A DNA stretch of 59,314 bases from IMG/VR virus record IMGVR_UViG_3300008267_000206, positions 1 to 59,314 of that record; one strand, written 5' to 3'. Position 1 is the stretch's first letter. Every line of letters begins with the position of its first letter. Shown in pieces: positions 36,640 through 46,405 of this stretch. Made by a program: the position numbers and the translations under genes. The notes beneath the pieces are model-generated. The model did not search any database, had not been told where the DNA came from, and was given only the letters and a program-made list of their open reading frames with translations. Source of the DNA: a virus (Duplodnaviria; Caudoviricetes).

Positions 36640-39048
36640 TTAAAAATCTAATTTAACTAAGAATTGCTGTGTCCCCTGTCTTAATACGGGTGACTGCAAC
36701 TTAGATATAATCATAAGATTTTTTTGATCATCGTAAAGACCAATCTCAGTAATAAATCTGCGCTCTGTAACACTCCAAGTCGGATTTGATGGTGTTTGAA
36801 ATTCTGTTTGACTTAAATTTATCTTATATCTCATCTCATATATCGTTGCCTCAATATCTGTTTCGATAGAACCATAAAAATAATATTCATCACCAAAATT
36901 AAGAGATGTTCCTGTATAGTTAATAGGTGTTAATGGTACATAGTCATCTAAATTATAAATTGGAGCATCATCATATAAATCCTTTGTAATTACAAAGGTA
37001 TTTTGGGTTAAACCATCCTGTGTAATATACCCATTAACCATACTATCATTTAGTTGGTCGGTAAAATCAATAACTCTCCATAACGCGGAATCGGGTCTAG
37101 ATGTTCCTGAAACTTTTTGAACTAATATTTCAAACTTATTAGCGTAATATCCTTCAATGTTACTACAATACGTTGGGCATGGGATTTCTGATGTTGTTGT
37201 CGTTGTTGTATATGGTGAAATAGGTTGTGTTAGACACCCGAATTCTTCACCAAATTGTAATGTAACATTTTGTGAATTGATATTATTACAATCAATATTA
37301 GGTCCTTGAATTTTACTATAATAATTACAATGTAGTGAATTTAGACAAAAATTATCGTCATTAAATCTATAAGTTACATATAAATATTCATCACTATTAA
37401 GTAATAATCCTGTTGAATTTCCTAATGTTCCGCAAACGTTAGGTGTTATTAACGCCAATTTTGGTGCCGGTAATGTCCAATTTCTATTTGATTTGTATGA
37501 CATAGCGGCAACAATTTCTTCATCGTCAAAAACTATCATTTTTTGGTCAGGAAATACTTTACCAACTCTATTTGGTCTTCCGTTACTAGGGTTAGGATTT
37601 GTATCCCATAGATGATAATATCTATGACCAGGGTTATTCATATCTAAATTTTTATTAGATTCTAAATAATAGATTTGGAATAGATTAAGATTTTCAAATC
37701 CTGGAGGGTCGACCCAAAATGTTTGACCATAACAACATTCAGGATTTTTATGCCACATTAACCAAGGTATATGAACTCTAAAATTTCTTGCTTGTCCCGT
37801 ATCACCAGGATTATCTTCATCAAAAGGTTCTAAAGCAAATTTCTCACCATAATACAACCCAGGAGAATTATTAGTATAATGAACTAATGATATCGCCTTT
37901 TGTTCTTCAGGTTCGACAAATACTATCTCACCTAAAGAGTTATAATAATAAACATAGTCGGTATCATTTTGACCCTTACTATTTGAATATCCAAAATATT
38001 CTTTAGATCCTAAATAATTGACAGAACCAAAATTTTCATAACCAAAATTTAATGTAGGATTTAATCCTGCGGGATTTTCCGACCAAGGGATATTCATATT
38101 CCAAACATTAGTATATGACATATCAAAATTACAATCAGTTTGAAAATCAATAACGTTTGGATTATATTTTGGAACAGGACTATCATATATAGTATTCATA
38201 TTCGGGGGATATACCATAGCCCTTATGTAACAATCTCCGCCTAACAATGATAAATTAGGTGTTGGTCTATCTAGTGTAACTTGATTATTACAAATTGATA
38301 CTATTCGATATGTCATCATTGGATGACAACTATTAACATTCATTACACAATCTATATATGGTGTTGGTGTTGGGCATGGAGTTTCTTCCGGTAATGGTAT
38401 TGTGGTTGTTGATGTTGTAGTTGTTTGGCACGGGTCATAAGTCGGTGTTGGTAATGGTATTGTTGTTGTGGTTGTGGTTTCACCTGTTAAACATTCACAA
38501 GTATTTGTAATTTCATAATTAAAAAAGAATGTTATAAAATCACCTTTTGCCGGTTGTCTAAATACGTTTTCACTACAAGCAGAATATATTAATGTGATAT
38601 TTTCATCACAAGTAAAGTCTGAAATATGAACAACATAATTAGAATTTATAGTGTAGTCTTCATTTATTAATAATTTCCAATCTATTTGGCTTAATTCGGT
38701 ATCTCCAACAAAAAATCCTTTTATTGCTGCAGTATTATATATTGGGGACACAACTGAATCTGAAAATGGTATACCATAAGTATTACCTGTTAGTCCGTCA
38801 ACATAGTACGGGTATTTAATATATTGTTTATTTGACTCCGGAACACCTGAGATATTACTTGAGTTAAATGATGGTTCTAAAACATATGAATTAGCTTGCG
38901 GAAAAGAAGGTATCGCGTCGTAAGATACTTCACTATCCCCAACTTGGAAATACGAAATATTAAAATTTCCTTGTGATAATTTTCTTCTACCAGTATCAGT
39001 TAATTTTGTATTGATTAACCCCGATGTATTTTTTAATACGTAAGACAT
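36640..39048 (-). CDS. Virion structural protein, tail-collar/fibre-attachment-like
   Basis: LTDTGRRKL..YFQVGD at the N-terminus and ITEIGLYD..LMIISK at the C-terminus; Thr/Pro linkers. Confidence 0.6.
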   Translation of the reverse strand: MSYVLKNTSGLINTKLTDTGRRKLSQGNFNISYFQVGDSEVSYDAIPSFPQANSYVLEPSFNSSNISGVPESNKQYIKYPYYVDGLTGNTYGIPFSDSVVSPIYNTAAIKGFFVGDTELSQIDWKLLINEDYTINSNYVVHISDFTCDENITLIYSACSENVFRQPAKGDFITFFFNYEITNTCECLTGETTTTTTIPLPTPTYDPCQTTTTSTTTIPLPEETPCPTPTPYIDCVMNVNSCHPMMTYRIVSICNNQVTLDRPTPNLSLLGGDCYIRAMVYPPNMNTIYDSPVPKYNPNVIDFQTDCNFDMSYTNVWNMNIPWSENPAGLNPTLNFGYENFGSVNYLGSKEYFGYSNSKGQNDTDYVYYYNSLGEIVFVEPEEQKAISLVHYTNNSPGLYYGEKFALEPFDEDNPGDTGQARNFRVHIPWLMWHKNPECCYGQTFWVDPPGFENLNLFQIYYLESNKNLDMNNPGHRYYHLWDTNPNPSNGRPNRVGKVFPDQKMIVFDDEEIVAAMSYKSNRNWTLPAPKLALITPNVCGTLGNSTGLLLNSDEYLYVTYRFNDDNFCLNSLHCNYYSKIQGPNIDCNNINSQNVTLQFGEEFGCLTQPISPYTTTTTTSEIPCPTYCSNIEGYYANKFEILVQKVSGTSRPDSALWRVIDFTDQLNDSMVNGYITQDGLTQNTFVITKDLYDDAPIYNLDDYVPLTPINYTGTSLNFGDEYYFYGSIETDIEATIYEMRYKINLSQTEFQTPSNPTWSVTERRFITEIGLYDDQKNLMIISKLQSPVLRQGTQQFLVKLDF

Positions 39049-39076
39049 TATATATAATTATTTTATATTAATTTTT

Positions 39077-41212
39077 TTATAGGAATAAATCATTAAAATT
39101 ATTACCTTTATTCATTAAACTTTTAAATGAAACATTTTTAGTTTTACCACCCATTAACATTATTTCTACAGGACATTCTCCCTCAGTAACAATTACACTA
39201 CCTGAAAGTCCTACAACTATCCAATTATTTAACGGTGGAAATTGTGAACCATTTTGAGATAAAACAAAATAAGTTCTAGAAGGATTAAATATTACTTCCC
39301 ATCTAGATGTTGAACTATTCCAAATTAAAGTATCTCCATTTGTTGATTCCCAAGATAATTTACCATTAACAACCACATCGGGTTGGAATTCTATAGATTC
39401 TGTAGTAGACCCTGTGCTCTGTATTGTAGTTATTGACATACAAAGAGTGTTTCCTGTTGGTTGTGGTGATATTGTAGTAGTAGTTGTTGTAGTCGGTCTT
39501 ACCGCCAATAATTCACAAATCGTTACCGCAGTAAAATCACCATAATAATCAGTTGTTGTTGCCGTGTAAGAACCTTCAACTAAATTAAATATGTCAGGAC
39601 CCAAATTACCATTACTCCAAATTATTTCATATGGAGATGTTCCTCCAGATATTGATAAAGATATTGATCCGTCAGCCGCTGAAGGTGATGTCGGATTTGT
39701 TGGTATACATTCAACGTCCATATCAAATACGGTTGTTGGTATACATTCATTACAAGTCGGTATTACATAGGGTATGGGGGTTGGTGTTGGAGTTGGCGGT
39801 AAAGTTGGTATTGGTCCACAAATCCTGGCCGAAACTATCATATTGTATGGTGCGATACAACAAGGAAACGAATTATATACGTCCCACGTCCCAAAAAAAG
39901 GACAGAAACCATTTTTCGCCCTACTTTCAGCAATAATTTGAAAAGTATTACTATTATAAAAAGCCCAAGTACCATCAAATCTAAAAAAAGTTATTCCATT
40001 AATAAATAAAGGATATCCATTTATTGTTCCTGAAGGAGTCGCATTGAACCCATATGGACGCGGTACTTCTCCTCCACAAATTATTGATACATTGATACAT
40101 CCACATATGTTTAAAGAACCGCAAATATTTGAACAAGATTTGTTGCTTTCAGTAATTAAAGTTAACGGTTCGCTACTTACGGGTTTATCAAACGCGCAAA
40201 CCTCCATAACATCTCCCACATATAAAAAAACTTTTTTCTCATCATCATTTAAATAATCATAAAAAGTGATTATTTCGTAATCAGTTGTTGCGGTAATTGT
40301 CCAACATTTTTTAATATTAAAATTTGGATAACAATCATAGGTTGTTATATTAAAATCTTCGTAATATGGGTCGTATATTGTCCAATTATCTAATCCGTTA
40401 CCTGTTGGTGGGCAAATACCGGTGTCGGCTGATTCGGCAATTATGGTGTTTGGTAAGTAATTATTTGATGGTGTCAGAGCAAATAACCATTTTCCGTCCG
40501 ACCAATAAATTATATACTCATCTCCACCATAATTAGTCGTCCAAAAAGTTTTGCCATTTTGAGTTCCCCCAACAACAAAACCCATATCATCACCATCAAG
40601 GGTTAAAATTAGACATTCACATCCGTCTATCTCTCTACATTCAATAAAACAAGAATTTAAAGTTTCCGAACTATAAAAATCTGAAGTAGTTCCTGGTATT
40701 CTTCCTGGTGTCCCTTTCAAACAAAAAGACATAGTTTCGCCAGATTTTAATCTAACGTATTTTAAATCATTATCACAATTATAATATTCTATAGTATAGT
40801 CATTACTACCACTAAAAAACCAACAATTACAATTTTCACAACTATAAAAATCCGCATAAGGATTACAATTATAAACTTCAGTAATATTTAAAATTTCTGA
40901 AGGCGGTTCTGTCTCATCTAAACAATAATTAAAATTGCTATTATTAATTAACTCCCAATCGCCAATTGTCGTATCACAAGGTGATAATGGTTGTGTTGTT
41001 GTTTTATAAATAATAGTTGATAAATCACCTTCTTCAATTAAGCACCACTCAGAATTTGGCGAACCCGAAAATAATAAACGATAATTTTTAGACCCTATAT
41101 TACCAATATAAATAGATTCTCCGTTAAATATTTCAATCCCCTTTGAAAAAACTAAATCAAACGTTGAGTCATCGGAGCATTTGAATGTAAAACTTACGCA
41201 TTCACAAGACAT
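39077..41212 (-). CDS. Cys-rich modular appendage protein with an SprB-like repeat
   Basis: GSISLSISGGTSPYEIIWSNG..NL.EGSY; repeated NG+..W..CP..W modules; PTPTP and T6 linkers. Confidence 0.65.
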   Translation of the reverse strand: MSCECVSFTFKCSDDSTFDLVFSKGIEIFNGESIYIGNIGSKNYRLLFSGSPNSEWCLIEEGDLSTIIYKTTTQPLSPCDTTIGDWELINNSNFNYCLDETEPPSEILNITEVYNCNPYADFYSCENCNCWFFSGSNDYTIEYYNCDNDLKYVRLKSGETMSFCLKGTPGRIPGTTSDFYSSETLNSCFIECREIDGCECLILTLDGDDMGFVVGGTQNGKTFWTTNYGGDEYIIYWSDGKWLFALTPSNNYLPNTIIAESADTGICPPTGNGLDNWTIYDPYYEDFNITTYDCYPNFNIKKCWTITATTDYEIITFYDYLNDDEKKVFLYVGDVMEVCAFDKPVSSEPLTLITESNKSCSNICGSLNICGCINVSIICGGEVPRPYGFNATPSGTINGYPLFINGITFFRFDGTWAFYNSNTFQIIAESRAKNGFCPFFGTWDVYNSFPCCIAPYNMIVSARICGPIPTLPPTPTPTPIPYVIPTCNECIPTTVFDMDVECIPTNPTSPSAADGSISLSISGGTSPYEIIWSNGNLGPDIFNLVEGSYTATTTDYYGDFTAVTICELLAVRPTTTTTTTISPQPTGNTLCMSITTIQSTGSTTESIEFQPDVVVNGKLSWESTNGDTLIWNSSTSRWEVIFNPSRTYFVLSQNGSQFPPLNNWIVVGLSGSVIVTEGECPVEIMLMGGKTKNVSFKSLMNKGNNFNDLFL

Positions 41213-41229
41213 ATCTTAATTATTTATTC

Positions 41230-41236
41230 ATAAATA
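41230..41236 (-). promoter_or_regulatory. TATTTAT putative late promoter
   Basis: 17 nt upstream of ATG 41212. Confidence 0.55.
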
Positions 41237-41237
41237 T

Positions 41238-42215
41238 TTAGTTTTCATTTTTAATTATGTTTTTCATAATTTCAATATACTTTATTGTTGAACTATTTTT
41301 GTCCACGTAATCGAAATGATTTATATTCTGTTTTAATTTATCCAATGGATTAACATTTATATATTCACCTTTATAAAATTTTCTACCTTTTAGGTCTTGT
41401 GTTACTCCCGCCATATGTAGAATTGGTTTTTTTTCATAGGTTCTAATATCATCGGTCGCCCAAGAAAAATCAAGTTCATCTGTTATTTTAGTTTCAATTC
41501 CAAGTAACCATATATTCCATAAAACCGCCCACATATCTGATGTCCACATTTGTATTTCCCCTGGAGAAATTGGGTGTTTTGCGTGATAATTTCTCATTTC
41601 AGAATATAAAACCAAACAATCTTTTAATACTTTATCCCAAAATGTGTGGTCAATATTTTTCATAAGATATTGAGCGCCTCCAGAATTATTCTGATTACGT
41701 TTAATACAATCGACATCAAGACCGATTACATTTACCATCACCCTCATCAATTCATTATCTTTACTTGACGGATGTTTTGATTCATATCTCTTACAACATC
41801 CCTCAATATAATCGTGACCTATATATCCTATGGTATCTGATAGGTAAATAAAATCATCTTTTGATAACTTATCAAAATCGGGTAATTCTCTGAACACAAT
41901 ATCTGAATCGTGATAAAAATAAAATTTAGATAGTTGTGGGTTATCTTTTAACCAACTAGATAAAATCATTGGTCTTAAACTAGGTATATAGGTTTTGTCT
42001 GTTCTAATATCGGTATAATGATGAACATTTACACCTAATTTTTTAATCTCTAAAGATTCTTTACTCGGTTCTTTTCTATTAACCAACGCAAATAAAACGT
42101 GTATGTTTTCAGGTTTAATACCTTTCTCAATAAAATTATGGCAATAAACTTTTGTTTGCCAATGAAAATAAGGCACGTCTGGTTGTGCAGAAACAAATAC
42201 TAATTCATTATTCAT
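41238..42215 (-). CDS. GT-A glycosyltransferase, HPAT/SRGT (GT95/GT96)-like
   Basis: YFHWQ, HDSDIVF (DxD), GGAQYL, WTSDMWA, ILHMAG. Confidence 0.65.
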   Translation of the reverse strand: MNNELVFVSAQPDVPYFHWQTKVYCHNFIEKGIKPENIHVLFALVNRKEPSKESLEIKKLGVNVHHYTDIRTDKTYIPSLRPMILSSWLKDNPQLSKFYFYHDSDIVFRELPDFDKLSKDDFIYLSDTIGYIGHDYIEGCCKRYESKHPSSKDNELMRVMVNVIGLDVDCIKRNQNNSGGAQYLMKNIDHTFWDKVLKDCLVLYSEMRNYHAKHPISPGEIQMWTSDMWAVLWNIWLLGIETKITDELDFSWATDDIRTYEKKPILHMAGVTQDLKGRKFYKGEYINVNPLDKLKQNINHFDYVDKNSSTIKYIEIMKNIIKNEN

Positions 42216-42241
42216 AAATTAAATATATGAATAAATTAAGA

Positions 42242-42302
42242 ACAATAAAGTATTTCAAAATTTTCACACTCAGAACATATAATTCTTAATAAAATTACAG
42301 GA
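42242..42302. repeat. Direct repeat copy 1 (intergenic remnant)
   Basis: 52/61 identical to 43052-43112 by hand alignment. Confidence 0.9.
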
Positions 42303-42316
42303 ATAAAGATATTTTT

Positions 42317-43267
42317 TTATATATTAAAGTGGGTATTGACACAATTTGGGGATTGTGATGTTCCGTCAGCCCATTTAGAACCCCCAAGATAGTTTTGAAA
42401 TGTTATCGAATATGGCGGGTTTTTATCTATCAGATAAACATCACCACTTAAATTATTTACAATATAAATGTTACCGTTATCTTGAAATAATCCCCAAGCC
42501 CTATCTACCGGTGGTGTGACCAATATATCAAGTTCTTTATTTCCTGTTAAGTAGTCATATTGTATAATATAACAATTATAAATTGGAGCTCTTAATACCG
42601 AAACTATTAATTTTCCTGTCGTTGTGTATAATATATCGCCAGATACAAAATCTCCAACATCTAAGTCAAATTTATTTGTTATTGTTGCAGATGGTGTAGA
42701 AATATCAATTTCAACAATTTTATTTGGTGTTGTCGTAGAGTCCGAACTGATTAAGGTTAGATTTGTTAAGTCCTTAGCGCACAATCCGCTCCCAATTTGT
42801 ATGGGTAACGGTATATCTCTATTAAATGTGGCTAACCAAGGATTAAAAGTTATGTCCCACTCCCTAATATACATATTTGGAAAACTACTATAACGATATA
42901 ACCATAATTTGTTCGGAGTATTAGCAATGTCTTGACTACTAAAAGATGATGATACAATTAAATTTGTTGAGGTATTATTTGTCACATCATACAAATATAT
43001 TAAACCATCCCAAGAATAAATAACATCACAATCATTGTTAATTGGTTGATTACAATAAAGTACTTTAAAATTTTCGCACTCAGAACACACAATTTTTAGT
43101 AAAATTGCCGGAGCATAAATATATTGTGAGGGTAAATTAAATGAGATTGGAAATGTTGGTGTGGTTATTTGACCTATTTCAATACATTCAGTATTGTATA
43201 TGGTGCAAACATAAACACTACAAGGAAATGAATCTCCCGATACGTTATTTATTTCAACTGATGTCAT
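42317..43267 (-). CDS. Small Cys domain fused to a beta-propeller-like domain
   Basis: N-domain paralogous to 33448; blade-like SQDIA, SGDILY, AWGLF segments. Confidence 0.65.
   Translation of the reverse strand: MTSVEINNVSGDSFPCSVYVCTIYNTECIEIGQITTPTFPISFNLPSQYIYAPAILLKIVCSECENFKVLYCNQPINNDCDVIYSWDGLIYLYDVTNNTSTNLIVSSSFSSQDIANTPNKLWLYRYSSFPNMYIREWDITFNPWLATFNRDIPLPIQIGSGLCAKDLTNLTLISSDSTTTPNKIVEIDISTPSATITNKFDLDVGDFVSGDILYTTTGKLIVSVLRAPIYNCYIIQYDYLTGNKELDILVTPPVDRAWGLFQDNGNIYIVNNLSGDVYLIDKNPPYSITFQNYLGGSKWADGTSQSPNCVNTHFNI
43052..43112. repeat. Direct repeat copy 2 (inside CDS)
   Basis: Encodes PAILLKIVCSECENFKVLYC. Confidence 0.9.
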
Positions 43268-43270
43268 TTT

Positions 43271-46200
43271 TTAACATTCACTACAATCGTCATATATTTC
43301 CCCTTCTTCCCATATTATTGTTGCGGTTGATGTAACGGCAGATATCACTTCATAACAATTGTAATCGGTATCCGCAATTATCTTACCATCAACTTCATAC
43401 TGATCATCAATAGTTACAACTTCAGTATTTGGTGTAATACCGCTAACCATACACTCACCTAAACCTGAATCATAATAACTATAAATTTTTAAATCAGGAC
43501 TATCCCCAGATAAGTCAATAATTCTGTTATACCAATCTAAAAGACCTGTTCCTGTGAAAGGTCCGTTACAATTAGGTAAATAACTATTACTATCTATAGT
43601 CGTATTTGTTATTAATGTTGATAAAGGATATGTTAAGTCGGAACAACAATTATCAGGGTAATACATCACATCACTCATTTGGTCATAAAAATATACTCCC
43701 AATGTAGAATCGCATTTTTCTATAATATATATGTATAATCCTTCAATATCAAATAAAGATACGACCCCTTTATTACCATAAGTTTGGGTTTGTAATTCCC
43801 AATTATCGTCAAAAGTTAAACCACTTAAACAATATTTAGTCCTTATGTAATTTATGGTTGAATCGATAACTACACTGGTTGAGAAGCAGTCTAATGGTAT
43901 TGCATCTGAAAAATCAGTATCAGCACCTCCTCCCGGTAATTCCCAAAGTTGTAATTCAGGACAACAATTCTGAACTAAGTAATTTGTTGCACAAGCGTAA
44001 CAAGAAATTAAATATTTTATCACCATATTAATTATTACTTGTGCACCTCCCAAATTAGCGGAAATGTTTTCACAATCAGTTTTGACCTCAATAGTATTAT
44101 TTTCAGGGTCTATAATTACGGTATCAATACCATCATAACTTATTAATAATTCCGTAATTGCAGAATACCATAATTCATTGCTTGGGTAATCAGTTACACT
44201 ATCGCCAGTGAAAATATATTTTTCTTTAATGATTCCGTTAATATTAGTTTGTGCGATGAAAATGGTTTCATTAATAATACAATCTGTATCCGCAAATGTT
44301 AAATCATTAAATCCTTCTAACAATAAAGATTTAGGTCCTTTAACTAAGACAAATCCATTATTATCAAAATTAGAATCACAAATAGAAAATACTTCATATT
44401 GTTCAACATTATTCAAACCATTTACAAAAATAACTTCTGTTTTATTACAACCAATACTATCAGTTACTTCTAATGAATAAGTCCCAGCGGTCAAATTTGT
44501 CACCGTAATTCCTGTTTGACCATTAACATTAGGACTCCAATCTAAAGTAAATGGAGGCGTCCCTTCTGTAATAAAGGCGGTTATTGTTCCGTTACCACCT
44601 AAATCCGCAGGTGTTGATACTAAATTGAAGTCTATAGAACTTGTTGATAGTATACTAAAATTAACATTTTGTCCGCAATTAGTTGAGTCGGTTACGGTTG
44701 CCGAATAGTTACCGGGTGTTAAACCTGTAAATGTATAGCTAAGTCCTGTAAAAATTGCGAATTGGTCATTTATTTCATAGGTATATGGTTGTGTTCCTCC
44801 GGTACTAATATTTAATGTAACTTCACCTTCTGAAGAATTACAAGCACTACCTACCGTTGTTGCACTTAATCCAAATTTACTAGTATTATTTATTGTAAAC
44901 GTACTATTATAAACACAAGTTCCAATTCCACTATCTTCAATTTCTATACTATATATACCCGATTTTAAACCTGAGAATGTAGCGTTGGGTGTGGTCATTG
45001 AAGTTTGATTGTATGTGTTTCCACTACTATCAGTTATTTTAAAATTGTATGGTGCCGTTCCTCCGACCAAAGAAATAACCACTTTACCCGAACTATCATT
45101 ACAAAAAGAATTTGTTGTGTTAAAACTAACTAATGTAAACGAATTTGGCGTCAATAATGTTATACTTTGAGTGAAAGTACATAACCCAGCGTCGGTAACC
45201 GTAACGGTAAAATTACCACTACCTAAACCTGTAAATGTATAACTTTGAGCAAAACTAATACCATTTACACCATTAGACCCTAAGTAACTATATGGTGGAG
45301 TTCCTCCAATAACATTTACCGTTATTTCACCATCACCAACAAAACAACTAGGTGGTGTTAAATCAAAAGAACCAAAACTTACGGGTTCAACATCAATTAC
45401 CGTTGCGCCTAATGTTTTAATACAACCGGTAGAATCTTCTACTTGGACGCTATAACTACCTGACGTTATTCCTGTAATATTCTGCGTTGTTTCTCCGTTA
45501 CTCCACAGATAGGTATATGGTGGTGTTCCGGTTAAACCTGTAATATATATTGCACCAGCGTTATCTACAGAACATCCGGCATTATTTACAACATAAAAAC
45601 CATAATCAACGGTTATAGAACTTTTTACCAAAAACGTGGCACTTTGTCCTGTACAACCCCCTCCATCATCACCAATCACATAATAATAACCTCCCTCAAC
45701 GTCATTAAAAACGTATGTGTCAGATATTAGTGTTCCGGAAGTAACATATGTTCCATCTTGTTCGTATAGACTAAATGTTGCCAATCCGTAGTAATTTGAG
45801 GTTTCCGCGGTAATCGCACCATTTGGTAAATCACATAAAGTATCTCTAATACCTGTTATTGAAACGCTAGTTCCGCTAGAAATGTAGATATCGATAGTGT
45901 AAACGTTATTTATTGGTAAACAACTATCTATTAAATTAATTGTGTAAGTTCCCGCATATAAATTTGTTTGAGTATAAGTTGTTACACCAATCCCTAAAGG
46001 TACAATATCGGAAGGTTGTAAAGAAATTACGGTTATTGTTATATCGTTAGCCGGAGTAGCTCCACCAACGTTAGTTCCTAAAATGGTTAGAATGTCACCG
46101 ACTTGGTAATTAGTTCCAGGTGTTGATAAATTTAAATTGTAAGTAGTATTTATTTTAGTTACGTTAAAACTCGCTAAAGTTCCTGACCCGCCATTAACCG

Positions 46201-46405
46201 GCACATTAGGATAGTAATTATTTGGTCCTGGAGGTACGACAGATCCAGTTCCAACAAATGTATAACCTGAAACACCTGTGCCAGGGTATAATTCTTGTAT
46301 TGAGTAGTCGGGAGCACTCCCATAAATTTCTATTGTATATGCCCCTAATCCGGCATTTCCGCAGTCACCTGTAACTGATAAATTATATGATAAAGCACAA
46401 GACAT
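43271..46405 (-). CDS. SprB-repeat appendage/fibre protein
   Basis: About six to seven C..G.I....GGT.PY.Y.W....GL..G.Y.V.V.D..GC repeats. Confidence 0.8.
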   Translation of the reverse strand: MSCALSYNLSVTGDCGNAGLGAYTIEIYGSAPDYSIQELYPGTGVSGYTFVGTGSVVPPGPNNYYPNVPVNGGSGTLASFNVTKINTTYNLNLSTPGTNYQVGDILTILGTNVGGATPANDITITVISLQPSDIVPLGIGVTTYTQTNLYAGTYTINLIDSCLPINNVYTIDIYISSGTSVSITGIRDTLCDLPNGAITAETSNYYGLATFSLYEQDGTYVTSGTLISDTYVFNDVEGGYYYVIGDDGGGCTGQSATFLVKSSITVDYGFYVVNNAGCSVDNAGAIYITGLTGTPPYTYLWSNGETTQNITGITSGSYSVQVEDSTGCIKTLGATVIDVEPVSFGSFDLTPPSCFVGDGEITVNVIGGTPPYSYLGSNGVNGISFAQSYTFTGLGSGNFTVTVTDAGLCTFTQSITLLTPNSFTLVSFNTTNSFCNDSSGKVVISLVGGTAPYNFKITDSSGNTYNQTSMTTPNATFSGLKSGIYSIEIEDSGIGTCVYNSTFTINNTSKFGLSATTVGSACNSSEGEVTLNISTGGTQPYTYEINDQFAIFTGLSYTFTGLTPGNYSATVTDSTNCGQNVNFSILSTSSIDFNLVSTPADLGGNGTITAFITEGTPPFTLDWSPNVNGQTGITVTNLTAGTYSLEVTDSIGCNKTEVIFVNGLNNVEQYEVFSICDSNFDNNGFVLVKGPKSLLLEGFNDLTFADTDCIINETIFIAQTNINGIIKEKYIFTGDSVTDYPSNELWYSAITELLISYDGIDTVIIDPENNTIEVKTDCENISANLGGAQVIINMVIKYLISCYACATNYLVQNCCPELQLWELPGGGADTDFSDAIPLDCFSTSVVIDSTINYIRTKYCLSGLTFDDNWELQTQTYGNKGVVSLFDIEGLYIYIIEKCDSTLGVYFYDQMSDVMYYPDNCCSDLTYPLSTLITNTTIDSNSYLPNCNGPFTGTGLLDWYNRIIDLSGDSPDLKIYSYYDSGLGECMVSGITPNTEVVTIDDQYEVDGKIIADTDYNCYEVISAVTSTATIIWEEGEIYDDCSEC

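Noticed and set aside
42242-43112. DGR template/variable repeat pair
   Set aside because: Mismatches are mixed (mostly transitions), not adenine-specific on either strand, and no reverse transcriptase is in the window
8350-46405. Eukaryotic giant virus origin (MGC myristoylation-like start, Cys-rich proteins, plant-like GT)
   Set aside because: Sigma-70, amidase, DnaG primase, Bacteroidota promoters and coupled operons indicate a bacteriophage
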